Positions 38,039-47,767 of a DNA stretch of 64,000 nt are shown one piece after another. How positions within the stretch are numbered: the first letter of the stretch is position 1; each line of letters opens with the position of its first letter. The notes beneath the pieces were generated by a model. The model was not told the DNA's origin. It saw nothing but the letters and a program-made list of their open reading frames with translations, and did not search any database. The DNA comes from Clostridia bacterium (GTDB taxonomy: Bacteria; Bacillota; Clostridia; Christensenellales; Borkfalkiaceae), in the NCBI GenBank assembly GCA_017408045.1, contig JAFQVL010000063.1, forward strand, positions 5,568 to 69,567, written 5' to 3'. The position numbers and the translations under genes were made by a program.

Positions 38039-38833
38039 TCAAACGGCAGGGTGTTGTTTTCCCGTATGATCGACGGTGTAGTTCGTTTTGTAAATCAGTT
38101 GTCCGATGGGTATAAACGAATAGCCTCGGTTTTGCAGAGTGGAAAAAATCATCGGCAGAGCCTCGGCTGTGTGTAGTCCGTTATTGTGGCAGAGAATAAT
38201 GCTTCCTGCCTTCGCGCCGTTGATAATTCGCAGCGAGATTTCCGTAGCGGACAGGTTTTTCCAGTCTAAACTGTCCACGTCCCATTGAATAGGGTAGAGA
38301 TTAAGTTCGGCGCAGGTTTCGATTAAAAGGTCGTTGTAATCGCCGTAGGGGGGACGAAAGAGAGTGGGTGCAACCCCCGTCGTCTTTTGAATGGCAGAGC
38401 AAGAGGATTGTAATTCCTGTACCATTTCCTCTTTGGAGAGTTTGCTCATATACGGGTGGGTTTTGCTGTGCGTGCCAAGCTCATGCCCCCTCTCCACGAT
38501 TTTTTTGGCGTATTCGGGGTATTTCTCCACCCAAAACTCCACCGCGAACCAAGTACATTTGACGTTGTGGCGGTCTAATTCGTCTAAGATTTTATCCGTG
38601 TATTCTACGCCCCATGCGCAATCAAAGGAGATAGCGATTTGTTTTTCTTGTCGCTCCACCGAGTATATGGGCAATTTTCTCTGCTTGGCGGCGGTTGCCT
38701 GCAAAGGCACGGTAAGGGCAAAATGCAGGACGAAAAGCGCTGTCAGCCACACTGCAAAAGCGACGGCAGCGATCTGCAGAGCGTGCGCAGCGGTTGTGCG
38801 CGGTTTGCTATGACGAAAAAACAAAAATTTCAT
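38039..38833 (-). CDS. polysaccharide deacetylase (NodB domain), membrane-anchored, PdaA/PdaB-like
   Basis: N-terminal TM. NodB motifs FDCAWG (degenerate TFDDG), HELGTHSKTHP, LFRPPYGDYN and IILCHNN. Confidence 0.8.
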   Translation of the reverse strand: MKFLFFRHSKPRTTAAHALQIAAVAFAVWLTALFVLHFALTVPLQATAAKQRKLPIYSVERQEKQIAISFDCAWGVEYTDKILDELDRHNVKCTWFAVEFWVEKYPEYAKKIVERGHELGTHSKTHPYMSKLSKEEMVQELQSSCSAIQKTTGVAPTLFRPPYGDYNDLLIETCAELNLYPIQWDVDSLDWKNLSATEISLRIINGAKAGSIILCHNNGLHTAEALPMIFSTLQNRGYSFIPIGQLIYKTNYTVDHTGKQHPAV

Positions 38834-39048
38834 ACGGTTTTCTCCAATTTATCATGGTTCTTGGCGCGAATAGAAAGGCATTTTGGCAGGTTATTAGAGG
38901 TTTTGTCGAAAGACAAAGCGCTCTGCGAGGGGTAGACCCTTTTTTACGAACGGGGACGCTTTTCTACGAATCGTATACCCTATCATATTGACAAAAAAGA
39001 GGGAAATATGCTAAACTAAACAGGAAAAATAGGAGGCAGACGTATCTT

Positions 39049-39825
39049 ATGGAAAACGTTTTGGTGGCGAGTGGGTTAAAAAAGCAATTTACCCTCTCCA
39101 GAAAGCAACAACAGATTGAAAAAACCAAACAAAAAACCCGCGTGGCCGTGAATGGGCTTTCCTTTGCGGTAAAACGCGGAGAGATTTACGGATTACTTGG
39201 CCCGAACGGCGCAGGAAAGACGACGACCTTGCGGATTTTATCTACCCTCATGCAACCCGACGAGGGGGACGCGACGGTGTGCGGATTTGGCGTTGTCAAT
39301 CAGCCCGAGCAGGTGCGCGAAAGGATCGGCTTTTTGACCAGCGAGCTTCGTCCCGACGAATTTTTTACCCCGAACTACCTGTTTGATTTTTTCAGTGAAA
39401 TGCAAAAAGTACCCGTACAGGTACGCGACCAACGAAAAAAAGAGCTGTTTGAACGCTTTGGCATTTTGGACTTTTGCGAAACGAAAATCGGGGAACTGTC
39501 TACGGGTATGAAACAAAAGGTGAGCATCGCCATTTCCTTGGTGCACGACCCGGACGTCGTCATCTTCGACGAGCCGACGAACGGGCTCGACGTCTTGACG
39601 GCAAAGGTGGTGACCGACTTCCTTTTGGAATTGAAGGCGCGCGGAAAGACGATACTGCTTTCCACCCACATTTTCTCGTTGGTGGAAAAGATTTGCGACC
39701 GCGTAGGCGTGATTATCGACGGCAAAATGGTGGCAGAGGGCGAAGTGAAAGCCCTGACGAAGGAAAAGAACCTCGAGGACGTGTTCTTTGATATTTACCA
39801 ACAGGTAAAAGGGGGTGAGGTATGA
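39049..39825 (+). CDS. ABC transporter ATP-binding protein (NatA-like, ABC-2 type)
   Basis: Walker A GPNGAGKTT, signature LSTGMKQKV and Walker B VVIFDEPTNGLD. Confidence 0.9.
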   Translation: MENVLVASGLKKQFTLSRKQQQIEKTKQKTRVAVNGLSFAVKRGEIYGLLGPNGAGKTTTLRILSTLMQPDEGDATVCGFGVVNQPEQVRERIGFLTSELRPDEFFTPNYLFDFFSEMQKVPVQVRDQRKKELFERFGILDFCETKIGELSTGMKQKVSIAISLVHDPDVVIFDEPTNGLDVLTAKVVTDFLLELKARGKTILLSTHIFSLVEKICDRVGVIIDGKMVAEGEVKALTKEKNLEDVFFDIYQQVKGGEV

Positions 39826-40969
39826 AAAGGTTATCGGTGATTTGGACGATTGCCAAAAAAGAATTTTCCCGCTTTTTTAAAGATAAGAGAATGTTGTTCG
39901 CCCTCTTTTTCCCCGGGATTATGATTTATATCCTCTATTCGTTTTTGGGTGGAGCGCTGATACCCAGCCTGACTCCGTCCGAGGATTATACCTATCGCGT
40001 CTGCGTGGTGAACGCTCCCTCTTGGCTGACCGAGGACACGCTTTCGGCGATCGGGAATTTCGAGCTGCAAACCTCGGAAACGGAACTTGCGGACGGTGAG
40101 GAAAAAGTACGGAACGAGGAGCTTGAGGCGTACCTGGTATTCCCTAATGACTTCGTTTTGGGCGGCGTGAACGGACAGTTGAGCGAGGTGAAACTGTATA
40201 CGCACTCGGCAGACACGGAGTCGGCGATGGCGGCGCAGCTACTGACGGCGGCGCTTTCCGCGGCACAGTACGGCGCGCCCAACTTCCTTTTAATACCGCA
40301 GGACTCGCAACGGAAGGGGATCTTTCCGCGATGCTAGTGTCCACGGTTGGGCCGATGCTGATTTTGGCGATGTTGCTAGCAGGCTGCGTTTCGGTTGCAC
40401 CCGAGAGCATCGCGGGCGAAAAAGAGCGCGGAACTTTCGCGATGATGCTCATTACCCCCGTCAAAAGAGGGTATATTGCCGCAGGTAAGGTGATTTCGCT
40501 GTCGACGATTTCTCTGCTTAGCGGACTTTGCAGCTGCGCAGGGATTACGCTGTCGTTGCCAAAGCTTGTGGGCGAGGAAAATCTCTCTCTGTCGGCGCTT
40601 GGCTACGGCTTTGCGGAGTACGCGTCGCTGTTTGGGATCGTGCTGTCCTCGGTGTTGCTGCTCGTGTCGTTGGTTTCTATCCTTTCGGCTTGGGCAAAGA
40701 GCGTTAAAGAGGCGACGGCGATGATTTCCCCTATAATGGTTATCGTGCTGTTGGTGTCGCTGGGCACTTCCTTCCTGCCGATGAACGAATGGTATTTCTT
40801 CTGTATTCCCCTCTTGAACAGCGCGGCGGCGCTCGGGGGCGTGTTCTCCATGGCGACGCAGCCGTTGTTCGTGGTGATTACCGTTTTGACCAACTTGGCG
40901 GTGGCAGGCGGCTTGATGTGGGTGCTTTCGAGAATGTTCTGCAGCGAGAAAATCATGTTTACAAAGTAA
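39822..40969 (+). pseudogene. ABC-2 family permease (NatB-like) split by a frameshift into two ORFs (39822-40337 and 40331-40969)
   Basis: The N-terminal ORF has TM1 and an extracytoplasmic domain. The C-terminal ORF carries SIAGEKERGTF and 5 TMs. The second frame is open from 40151, so both frames overlap over 40151-40337. The most sensible junction is near the T-run at 40285-40292. Confidence 0.7.
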
Positions 40970-41058
40970 AACTCATAGGAATATAGCAAAAAACAACGTG
41001 TAAAAGAGCTATCTAAAAGTTGCATTTTGCAGAAAAATTGTGTATAATATAGCGTATT

Positions 41059-41313
41059 ATGAGAATTTGGGCAAAAGTCATGTCTGACGGAAAAATTAAA
41101 AAGCAAACGGTGTACGAAAAAGCGGAAGTTTTGACCTATTCAAAACTCTTTGACTACGTGGCGGAAATATGCAGCGCGTTGGACGTACCCACGCCCGTGT
41201 TGGTGAAAGCGCATATCTTCAATTTCGCAAAGTTCAACCACGTGAAGTTCACGCAGAGCGATTTTTTAGAAGATATCCCCTTTGACCATTTGTTTATCGA
41301 AAATCTGTTTTAA
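41059..41313 (+). CDS. hypothetical small protein (84 aa)
   Basis: ORF only. No recognised motifs. Lies upstream of the Lrp/AsnC regulator. Confidence 0.35.
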   Translation: MRIWAKVMSDGKIKKQTVYEKAEVLTYSKLFDYVAEICSALDVPTPVLVKAHIFNFAKFNHVKFTQSDFLEDIPFDHLFIENLF

Positions 41314-41327
41314 CGGAGGTTTAACCT

Positions 41328-41816
41328 ATGAAGGCTTTAGAAAAGGACGTATTAGAAATCTTAAAGAGCGATGCAAGATTGACGGCAAAGCAAATTGCGG
41401 CGGCGCTCGGCGTAGCGACGGAGGACGTGCAGGCGTGCATCGACGGAATGGAACAATCGGGCGCAATCGTCAAGTACGCCGCAATCGTCAACGGTGAAAA
41501 GACAGACGAAACGCTGGTAGAGGCGCTCATTGAAGTCAAGGTTACCCCCAAGAGTGTCGAGGGCTTTGACGGAATTGCCAAGCAGATTGCCGCATTCCCC
41601 GAGGTAAAGGGGGTGTATTTGATGAGTGGCGCTTACGACCTTGCCGTATTCATCGAGGACGCGTCTTTGCAAAAGGTAGCCCGCTTTGTTTCCGAGCGTA
41701 TCTCCACCTTTAACGGCGTCATTTCGACGGCGACCCACTTCATTTTGAAAAAGTATAAGGTGGAAGGCGTTTGCACGGAAAAGGACGAAGATAGACGTAT
41801 CTCTATACAGGCGTAA
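41328..41816 (+). CDS. Lrp/AsnC family transcriptional regulator
   Basis: N-terminal HTH (LDVLEILKSDARLTAKQIAAALGV...) and a C-terminal AsnC/RAM domain (...KGVYLMSGAYDLAVFIE). Confidence 0.85.
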   Translation: MKALEKDVLEILKSDARLTAKQIAAALGVATEDVQACIDGMEQSGAIVKYAAIVNGEKTDETLVEALIEVKVTPKSVEGFDGIAKQIAAFPEVKGVYLMSGAYDLAVFIEDASLQKVARFVSERISTFNGVISTATHFILKKYKVEGVCTEKDEDRRISIQA

Positions 41817-41893
41817 ACGCGTACCTGGTATCTATTATTGCCTACAAAATGCGGCAACGGTCGAATTAAACATGAAAAGTAAATAGGTTTTTT

Positions 41894-43060
41894 ATGCGTA
41901 GTTTTATCAATGAAAAATCAAAGGCGTTAAAGCCAAGCGGTATCCGAAAATTCTTCGATATCGTACGGGAAACCGAGGGCGCGATTTCGCTGGGCGTAGG
42001 CGAGCCGGATTTCGTCACCCCCTGGCGCGTGCGCTCGGCGGCAATCACTTCCCTGCAAAGAGGCTATACGCAATATACGGGCAACCGCGGCTTGCCCAAA
42101 TTGTTAGAATTGGTTTCTCGTTATTTAGAAGAACGGTTCGGGTTGCGTTATGACCCGAAAAATATCATTATCACGGTGGGCGGCAGCGAGGCGATAGATC
42201 TTGCCCTGCGCGCCTGCATAGAGCGTGGGGAAGAAGTGCTTGTCCCCGACCCTGCCTACGTGTCCTACGCCCCCCTTATCACGATGTCGGACGGCGTTCC
42301 CGTGGCGGTGGAATGTCGGGAGGAGGACGCTTTCATCGTCCGCGCGGACGCTATCGAAAAAGCGGTGTCTGCAAAGACGAAGGCGATTATTTTGACCTAT
42401 CCCAACAACCCCACAGGCGCGGTCATGACCAAGGAGCAGTTGGAAGAGATTGCTGCGGTCATCATCAAGCACGACTTACTTGTCATCACCGACGAGATTT
42501 ATGCGGAACTTACCTACGGCGGCAAGCATTGTTCGATTGCTGCGCTGCCGGGAATGCAGGAGAGAACGGTGTACGTCAGCGGCTTTTCCAAGGCGTTTGC
42601 GATGACGGGTTGGCGGCTTGGGTACGTTGCCGCACCTGCGGAGATTGACAATGCCATGTTCAAAATCCACCAGTATGCGATGCTTTGCGCACCGATTACC
42701 TCGCAGTACGCGGGCATCGAAGCGCTGACCGAGGGGTTTTCGGACGGATTTACCGTGGTGGAGGAGATGCGCGACGCGTATGATAAACGCCGTCGGTTTG
42801 TGCTCAGTTCCCTGCAAGAAATCGGGCTGGAATGTTTTGAGCCGAGAGGGGCGTTCTACGCTTTCCCTTCGGTAAAGAGTACGGGTATGGACAGCGAAAC
42901 GTTTGCGGAACGCTTATTAAAAGAGCAAAAGGTAGCGGTCGTGCCGGGGACGGCGTTCGGGCGGTTCGGGACGGAAAACGTCCGTCTTTCTTACGCGACG
43001 GGAATGTCGCAATTAAACGAGGCGTTTGAACGAATGGCGGCGTTTATGAAGAAACTGTAA
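41894..43060 (+). CDS. pyridoxal-phosphate-dependent aminotransferase (class I/II)
   Basis: GEPDF, NPTG and SGFSKAFAMTGWRLGY (PLP lysine) motifs. Confidence 0.88.
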   Translation: MRSFINEKSKALKPSGIRKFFDIVRETEGAISLGVGEPDFVTPWRVRSAAITSLQRGYTQYTGNRGLPKLLELVSRYLEERFGLRYDPKNIIITVGGSEAIDLALRACIERGEEVLVPDPAYVSYAPLITMSDGVPVAVECREEDAFIVRADAIEKAVSAKTKAIILTYPNNPTGAVMTKEQLEEIAAVIIKHDLLVITDEIYAELTYGGKHCSIAALPGMQERTVYVSGFSKAFAMTGWRLGYVAAPAEIDNAMFKIHQYAMLCAPITSQYAGIEALTEGFSDGFTVVEEMRDAYDKRRRFVLSSLQEIGLECFEPRGAFYAFPSVKSTGMDSETFAERLLKEQKVAVVPGTAFGRFGTENVRLSYATGMSQLNEAFERMAAFMKKL

Positions 43061-43146
43061 AAAGTATAGAGGCTTTTACGAAAGAAAAAAACCCGAAAAA
43101 AACGCAAAAAATTCTTTTTTTCCTACGGAAATAGGGGAAAAATGAA

Positions 43147-43175
43147 TTGACAAGCGTAAAAAAAACGGGTATAAT
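43147..43175 (+). promoter_or_regulatory. consensus sigma-A promoter of greA
   Basis: TTGACA (43147-43152), a 17-bp spacer, then TATAAT (43170-43175). Confidence 0.65.
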
Positions 43176-43196
43176 AATGACCATAGAAGCGAAATC

Positions 43197-43229
43197 ACCG
43201 TGATCGAATTCGGTCGCGGCGGTTTTTTT
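43197..43229 (+). terminator. intrinsic terminator inside the greA 5' leader (attenuator / short leader RNA)
   Basis: Hairpin ACCG-TGATCGAATTCGGTC-..CGGT followed directly by T7 (43223-43229). It lies about 20 nt downstream of the -10 and 49 nt upstream of the greA ATG. Confidence 0.6.
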
Positions 43230-43277
43230 GCGTTTAATAGGGATTACGCCGTGATGGCGACAGGAGGAGAAAAGTAA

Positions 43278-43802
43278 ATGGCAAAGACGTATTATACGGA
43301 GAGTGGCGCGCTTGCGGAAATCGAGCAAGAAAAGGTCTACATGTCCAGAGAGGGCTACGAAGAAAAGAAGGCGTACTTGAAGTATTTACAGACGGAAAAG
43401 AGGGATGAGATCGTGGCGAGAATTACCGAGGCGAGAAGCCACGGCGACCTTTCGGAGAATGCGGAATACGACGCTGCAAGAAACGAACAGGCAAGCAACG
43501 AAGGGGAAATCTTCGAATTGGAGCATAAACTGAAAAACCGTTGTATCTACGGTACGCCCAAGGCAGACGTGGATTTTGTAACTTTCGGGGTGAAAGTAAC
43601 GGTATACGACGATATGTTTGAAGAGGAAGAGGTGTACGAAATCACCGGCTCTATGGACGCGAATATCGAGGAGAATAAAATCTCCAACGAGTCCCCGATG
43701 GGCGCTTCCCTTTTTGGTCACAAGCAAGGGGAAACGGTAACGGTACATTTACCCAACGGCAACTCTTACGAGTTGGTTATCAAAAAAGTAGAGCTGGCGT
43801 AA
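43278..43802 (+). CDS. greA: transcription elongation factor GreA
   Basis: REGYEEKKAYLKYLQ...RDEIVARITEARSHGDLSENAEYDAARNEQ (coiled-coil with acidic tip) plus the C-terminal FKBP-like domain. AGGAGG RBS. Confidence 0.88.
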   Translation: MAKTYYTESGALAEIEQEKVYMSREGYEEKKAYLKYLQTEKRDEIVARITEARSHGDLSENAEYDAARNEQASNEGEIFELEHKLKNRCIYGTPKADVDFVTFGVKVTVYDDMFEEEEVYEITGSMDANIEENKISNESPMGASLFGHKQGETVTVHLPNGNSYELVIKKVELA

Positions 43803-43827
43803 ACGAAACGTAAAATAGAGGTGTACG

Positions 43828-45333
43828 ATGCAGGATAAGAACGTGAACGTAGAAGTTAAGGAAGAGGAGCAGTTGATTGAGCAGGCGAGAATTCGTCGTG
43901 AAAAACTGCAAAAACTGATTTCGGAAGGCAAGAACCCCTACGAGCAGGTAAAATACGACGTCAATGCGGATTCGGCGGCGATCAAGGCGAATTACGAGGC
44001 GTACGAGGGCAAGCTGGTGTCCGTGGCTGGGCGTATGATGTCTAGACGTATTATGGGTAAAGCGTCCTTCTCCCATATCACGGATAAAAGCGGCAGCATT
44101 CAGTTGTACGTTTCCCGCAACGATTTGGGTGAGGAAAACTATACTTCCTACAAAAAGGACTACGACATCGGCGATATCATCGGCGTAAAGGGTGTTGTTT
44201 TCAAAACGCAGACGGGAGAAATTTCCCTGCACGTGCAGGAGATGATTATGCTGACCAAGTCCCTGCTCCCCCTGCCCGAAAAGTATAACGGCTTACAAAA
44301 TCAGGACTTGAAGTACCGTTTGCGCCACTTGGATTTGATTATGAACGACGACGTGAAAAAGACCTTCCGTATCCGTTCGCAAATCCTCAAGGAAATCCGC
44401 GCATACCTCGACGGTATGGGTTATTTGGAAGTAGATACCCCTACCCTCTTGACGCTTGAAATCGGTGCGGACGCACGTCCTTTCAAGACCCACCACAACG
44501 CGCTGGACTTGGATATGTATATGCGTATCGAAACCGAGCTGTTCTTAAAGAGATTGATCGTAGGCGGCTTGGATAAGGTATACGAAGTAGGCCGTATCTT
44601 CCGCAACGAGGGTATGGACGCTTTCCATAACCCCGAATTCACCACGATTGAAATGTACCAGGCGTACAGCGACTACGTCGATATGATGAACCTCATCGAG
44701 GACTTATATAAGACGGTTACCTTGAAGGTATGCGGCACGCTGGACATCACCTATCAGGGCACGGTAATCCACATGGGCGAATGGACGAGAATGACCATGG
44801 CGGAAGCGGTGAAAAAATACGCGGGCGTGGACTACAACGACTGGGCAACGGACGAGCAGGCTCGCGCCGTAGCAAAGGAAAAGGGCTTAGAACTCGAACA
44901 GGGCGACGCCGCAACCAAGGGGCATGTCTTGATTGAATTCTTCGACGCGTTCGTAGAGGACAAACTCATTCAGCCCACTATTATCTACGATTATCCCGTA
45001 GAAAACTCGCCTTTGGCAAAACGCAAACCCTCGAACCCTGCGTTCACCGAACGCTTTGAATATTTTATCTGCGCGCACGAATACGGCAACGCGTTCTCGG
45101 AATTGAACGATCCGATCGACCAAAAGCAGCGTATGGTAAAGCAGGTGGAAGCAAAGCGCGCGAAGGGCAACAACGAAGCGCAGGTGGACGAAGATTTCAT
45201 CAACGCTTTGGAATACGGTCTGCCCCCCACAGGCGGCTTGGGAATGGGTTTAGACAGATTGGTAATGCTGCTTACGGACAGTTCTACCATTCGCGACGTC
45301 ATTCTCTTCCCTACGATGAAACCTAAAAAATAA
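43828..45333 (+). CDS. lysS: lysine--tRNA ligase (class II)
   Basis: OB anticodon-binding domain and class II motifs (FRNEG, ...GLGMGLDRLVMLL). greA-lysS synteny. Confidence 0.93.
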   Translation: MQDKNVNVEVKEEEQLIEQARIRREKLQKLISEGKNPYEQVKYDVNADSAAIKANYEAYEGKLVSVAGRMMSRRIMGKASFSHITDKSGSIQLYVSRNDLGEENYTSYKKDYDIGDIIGVKGVVFKTQTGEISLHVQEMIMLTKSLLPLPEKYNGLQNQDLKYRLRHLDLIMNDDVKKTFRIRSQILKEIRAYLDGMGYLEVDTPTLLTLEIGADARPFKTHHNALDLDMYMRIETELFLKRLIVGGLDKVYEVGRIFRNEGMDAFHNPEFTTIEMYQAYSDYVDMMNLIEDLYKTVTLKVCGTLDITYQGTVIHMGEWTRMTMAEAVKKYAGVDYNDWATDEQARAVAKEKGLELEQGDAATKGHVLIEFFDAFVEDKLIQPTIIYDYPVENSPLAKRKPSNPAFTERFEYFICAHEYGNAFSELNDPIDQKQRMVKQVEAKRAKGNNEAQVDEDFINALEYGLPPTGGLGMGLDRLVMLLTDSSTIRDVILFPTMKPKK

Positions 45334-45353
45334 GCGCCCACATCGGCGCAGAC

Positions 45354-45384
45354 AAAACGCCGATACAATCTTTCGGCGTTTTTT
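45354..45384 (+). terminator. intrinsic terminator after lysS
   Basis: Stem AAAACGCCGA/TCGGCGTTTT with a T6 tail. Confidence 0.75.
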
Positions 45385-45435
45385 CATACGTCTATCACAA
45401 GCAAGTGATAAAATAGACGGATAGGAGAATATGAT

Positions 45436-46470
45436 ATGGATGCAAAAATCACAAAAAAACGGTTAGAGCATTTGCTTTCTTACGATTGGATAAAAATACT
45501 TCTCGCGGCGTTTGCGGCGGTGATGGTATGGATGCTCGTGTTCACGATGACAGCCACTCGTATCACCACTACGGAACGCTTTGTCGTCAATAACTATTAT
45601 GGGGTTCACTACGGTACAAGGGTGAAGATTTACGACAGCTATTCCTATGGGGTCATAGAGGCAGAGATCGTGGATAATATGCGTGCCGGCGAAGGCACTT
45701 TTAGAGATTTGTTCAGCTCCAACCTCGAACTTTCGGATGGGGACGTCTTAATGGTTGCGGACGCGCCTAGGGGTCGTTCGGCAAAAAAGGACGAGCAGGG
45801 CAACGAACTGAAGGATGCGGAAGGCAACGTAATATACGAATACGACGAAAGTTATTTGCACGCAATGCTGCGCGCGTACGGCAGTAGATATTTCACCCGT
45901 CTGGACGACAGCGAGAAAGGCAAGGGCTACTTTACGCAGATGCAGGAATACCTTGCGAAATTCTATCCTGTAAAAAGCGAGGCGGTAAAAGTGTTTGGCG
46001 GCGTATCCTTAACGAAGGCAACCTTTGATAAAGACAGTCTGGACGAGGAGGCTGTGGAAGCGGCTTTCCGCGCCCGTGTAGCGAACAACAAGGACAAGCG
46101 GTTTAAAAAAGAGTCGCAAATCGTGGAAGGTATTGAGATGGATAAGGCGCGTATCCGTTCCTACCTTGAGGCGTATGAAAATATCTTTTCCTATTTAGAA
46201 AAAGGGTACGTGGAGTTGACGACGGTTTCGTTGGAAATCAACGAACAATATACCCTTACGGGCGCGTACGGCATCAACCTTTGTCCTAGCGCAAGCGCCA
46301 CGATGAAAAATCTCAAAGAGCATATCTATTACGAAAATTTAGACGGCGCGATCACGGCGGATAATCTCAACGCGCTGTTTATGACCTTCGACGACTTAGA
46401 CAAGGATTTTCAGTATGAAAACCTGCTGTATTTAAACGCCTTGATTCAAGACGTTTGTACGGAGTTGTAA
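45436..46470 (+). CDS. hypothetical N-terminally membrane-anchored protein (344 aa)
   Basis: Single TM (ILLAAFAAVMVWMLVFTMTA) followed by a soluble domain. No family recognised. Confidence 0.5.
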   Translation: MDAKITKKRLEHLLSYDWIKILLAAFAAVMVWMLVFTMTATRITTTERFVVNNYYGVHYGTRVKIYDSYSYGVIEAEIVDNMRAGEGTFRDLFSSNLELSDGDVLMVADAPRGRSAKKDEQGNELKDAEGNVIYEYDESYLHAMLRAYGSRYFTRLDDSEKGKGYFTQMQEYLAKFYPVKSEAVKVFGGVSLTKATFDKDSLDEEAVEAAFRARVANNKDKRFKKESQIVEGIEMDKARIRSYLEAYENIFSYLEKGYVELTTVSLEINEQYTLTGAYGINLCPSASATMKNLKEHIYYENLDGAITADNLNALFMTFDDLDKDFQYENLLYLNALIQDVCTEL

Positions 46471-46474
46471 GCGT

Positions 46475-47767
46475 ATGCAGGGCTATTTTGCAAATCGCTC
46501 CGTGGCAGAGCGCTGCCATATCCTCAAAATGTTAGAGGCGCAGGCAAAGGCGGAGCATTACTCCTACCATACGCCTGGGCATAAACGGAAGGGGTACGAT
46601 ATTACCGAGCTCGGGTATTCGGACAATCTTGCCTGCCCGCGCGGCGTGATTTTGTCTGCGCAGCAGGATATTGCAGAGATTTTGGGTGCGGATGCGTCCT
46701 ACCTTTTGACGGACGGTTCGACGGCAGGCGTGCTGTCGATGCTGTATGCGTTAAAGTCGTTGGGCTGCCGCACGGTTTCGGCGTTTACCGCCTCGCATAA
46801 GAGCTTTTTCAGCGGCTGTCTATTGACGGGCTTACAACCCGTATTGCTCGAAACCCCGATGGGGGCCAACGGCTTGCCTCGTAAAATTTGCGGGGAGGAC
46901 GTTTTAGAGGGCGTAGAGGGCGCGGATGCTCTGTTTTTGACCTCGCCCGATTATTACGGCAACGTTGCTGACTTGAAAGCCATTCAAGCGATGTGTAAAA
47001 AACACGGTAAGTATTTGGTGGTCGACGGCGCGCACGGGGGGCACTTACATTATAACTGCGCGCTGTATGCAGGCGCATACGCGGATATGTGGGTGGACGG
47101 TGTGCATAAGAGCCTGCCTGCCCTCACGCAGGGCGCGGTGGTTTCCGCGCAAAAACCTTGCGTAGAGGCGCTTTGTGCGGCGGTGGATATTTTCCGTACC
47201 ACTAGCCCCTCTTACCCGATTATGGCATCGGTGGAATATGCGGTAAAGTACCCGCAAAACGCATGGTTGGAAGGTTTTGTGCACGGCTTAAAAAAGGAAA
47301 AACCCTATCTTTACGCGGGTGAGGACTATACCAAACTTTGCGTGTTTGCCGCGGACGGCTTTGCTATGGAGCAAGCGGCGATTGCCGAGGGTATCTACCC
47401 TGAATTTGCAACCGAGCAGTTGGTGTGTTTTTATCTATCTCCTGCGCAGGGAAAGGAAGAGATAGACCGACTGGTTGCCTTTTTGGAGAGAGCGAACGAG
47501 CAGGGGCTACTTTTAGCGGAAAAAGACGTTCATTCCAACCCTGCCCCCGTCGAAATATGCCAAACGGAAGGGTACGAAACGGAAAAAACCCCTTTGTTAG
47601 AGGCAGAGGGGAGGATTGCGGCGCGCGTTTGCGGCTTGTTTCCGCCCTGTCTGCCGCTCATCCGCAAGGGGGAGCGTATCACAGCGGAAAAAATCCAAGC
47701 CTTAGAAAAGGGGGCAAACGTATTCGGGGTTGAAAACGGAAAAATTTTAGTACATAAGGATCTTTGA
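46475..47767 (+). CDS. Orn/Lys/Arg decarboxylase-family PLP enzyme (YaaO-like)
   Basis: YHTPGHKRKG N-terminal motif and the HKSLPALTQGA PLP-lysine region. Confidence 0.75.
   Translation: MQGYFANRSVAERCHILKMLEAQAKAEHYSYHTPGHKRKGYDITELGYSDNLACPRGVILSAQQDIAEILGADASYLLTDGSTAGVLSMLYALKSLGCRTVSAFTASHKSFFSGCLLTGLQPVLLETPMGANGLPRKICGEDVLEGVEGADALFLTSPDYYGNVADLKAIQAMCKKHGKYLVVDGAHGGHLHYNCALYAGAYADMWVDGVHKSLPALTQGAVVSAQKPCVEALCAAVDIFRTTSPSYPIMASVEYAVKYPQNAWLEGFVHGLKKEKPYLYAGEDYTKLCVFAADGFAMEQAAIAEGIYPEFATEQLVCFYLSPAQGKEEIDRLVAFLERANEQGLLLAEKDVHSNPAPVEICQTEGYETEKTPLLEAEGRIAARVCGLFPPCLPLIRKGERITAEKIQALEKGANVFGVENGKILVHKDL

Noticed and set aside
41236-41250. GTGAAGTTCAC palindrome containing the array-1 word GTGAAGTT
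   Set aside because: It lies inside a coding ORF (codons HVKFT), is a single occurrence, and has no flanking hairpin grammar. It is probably coincidental.
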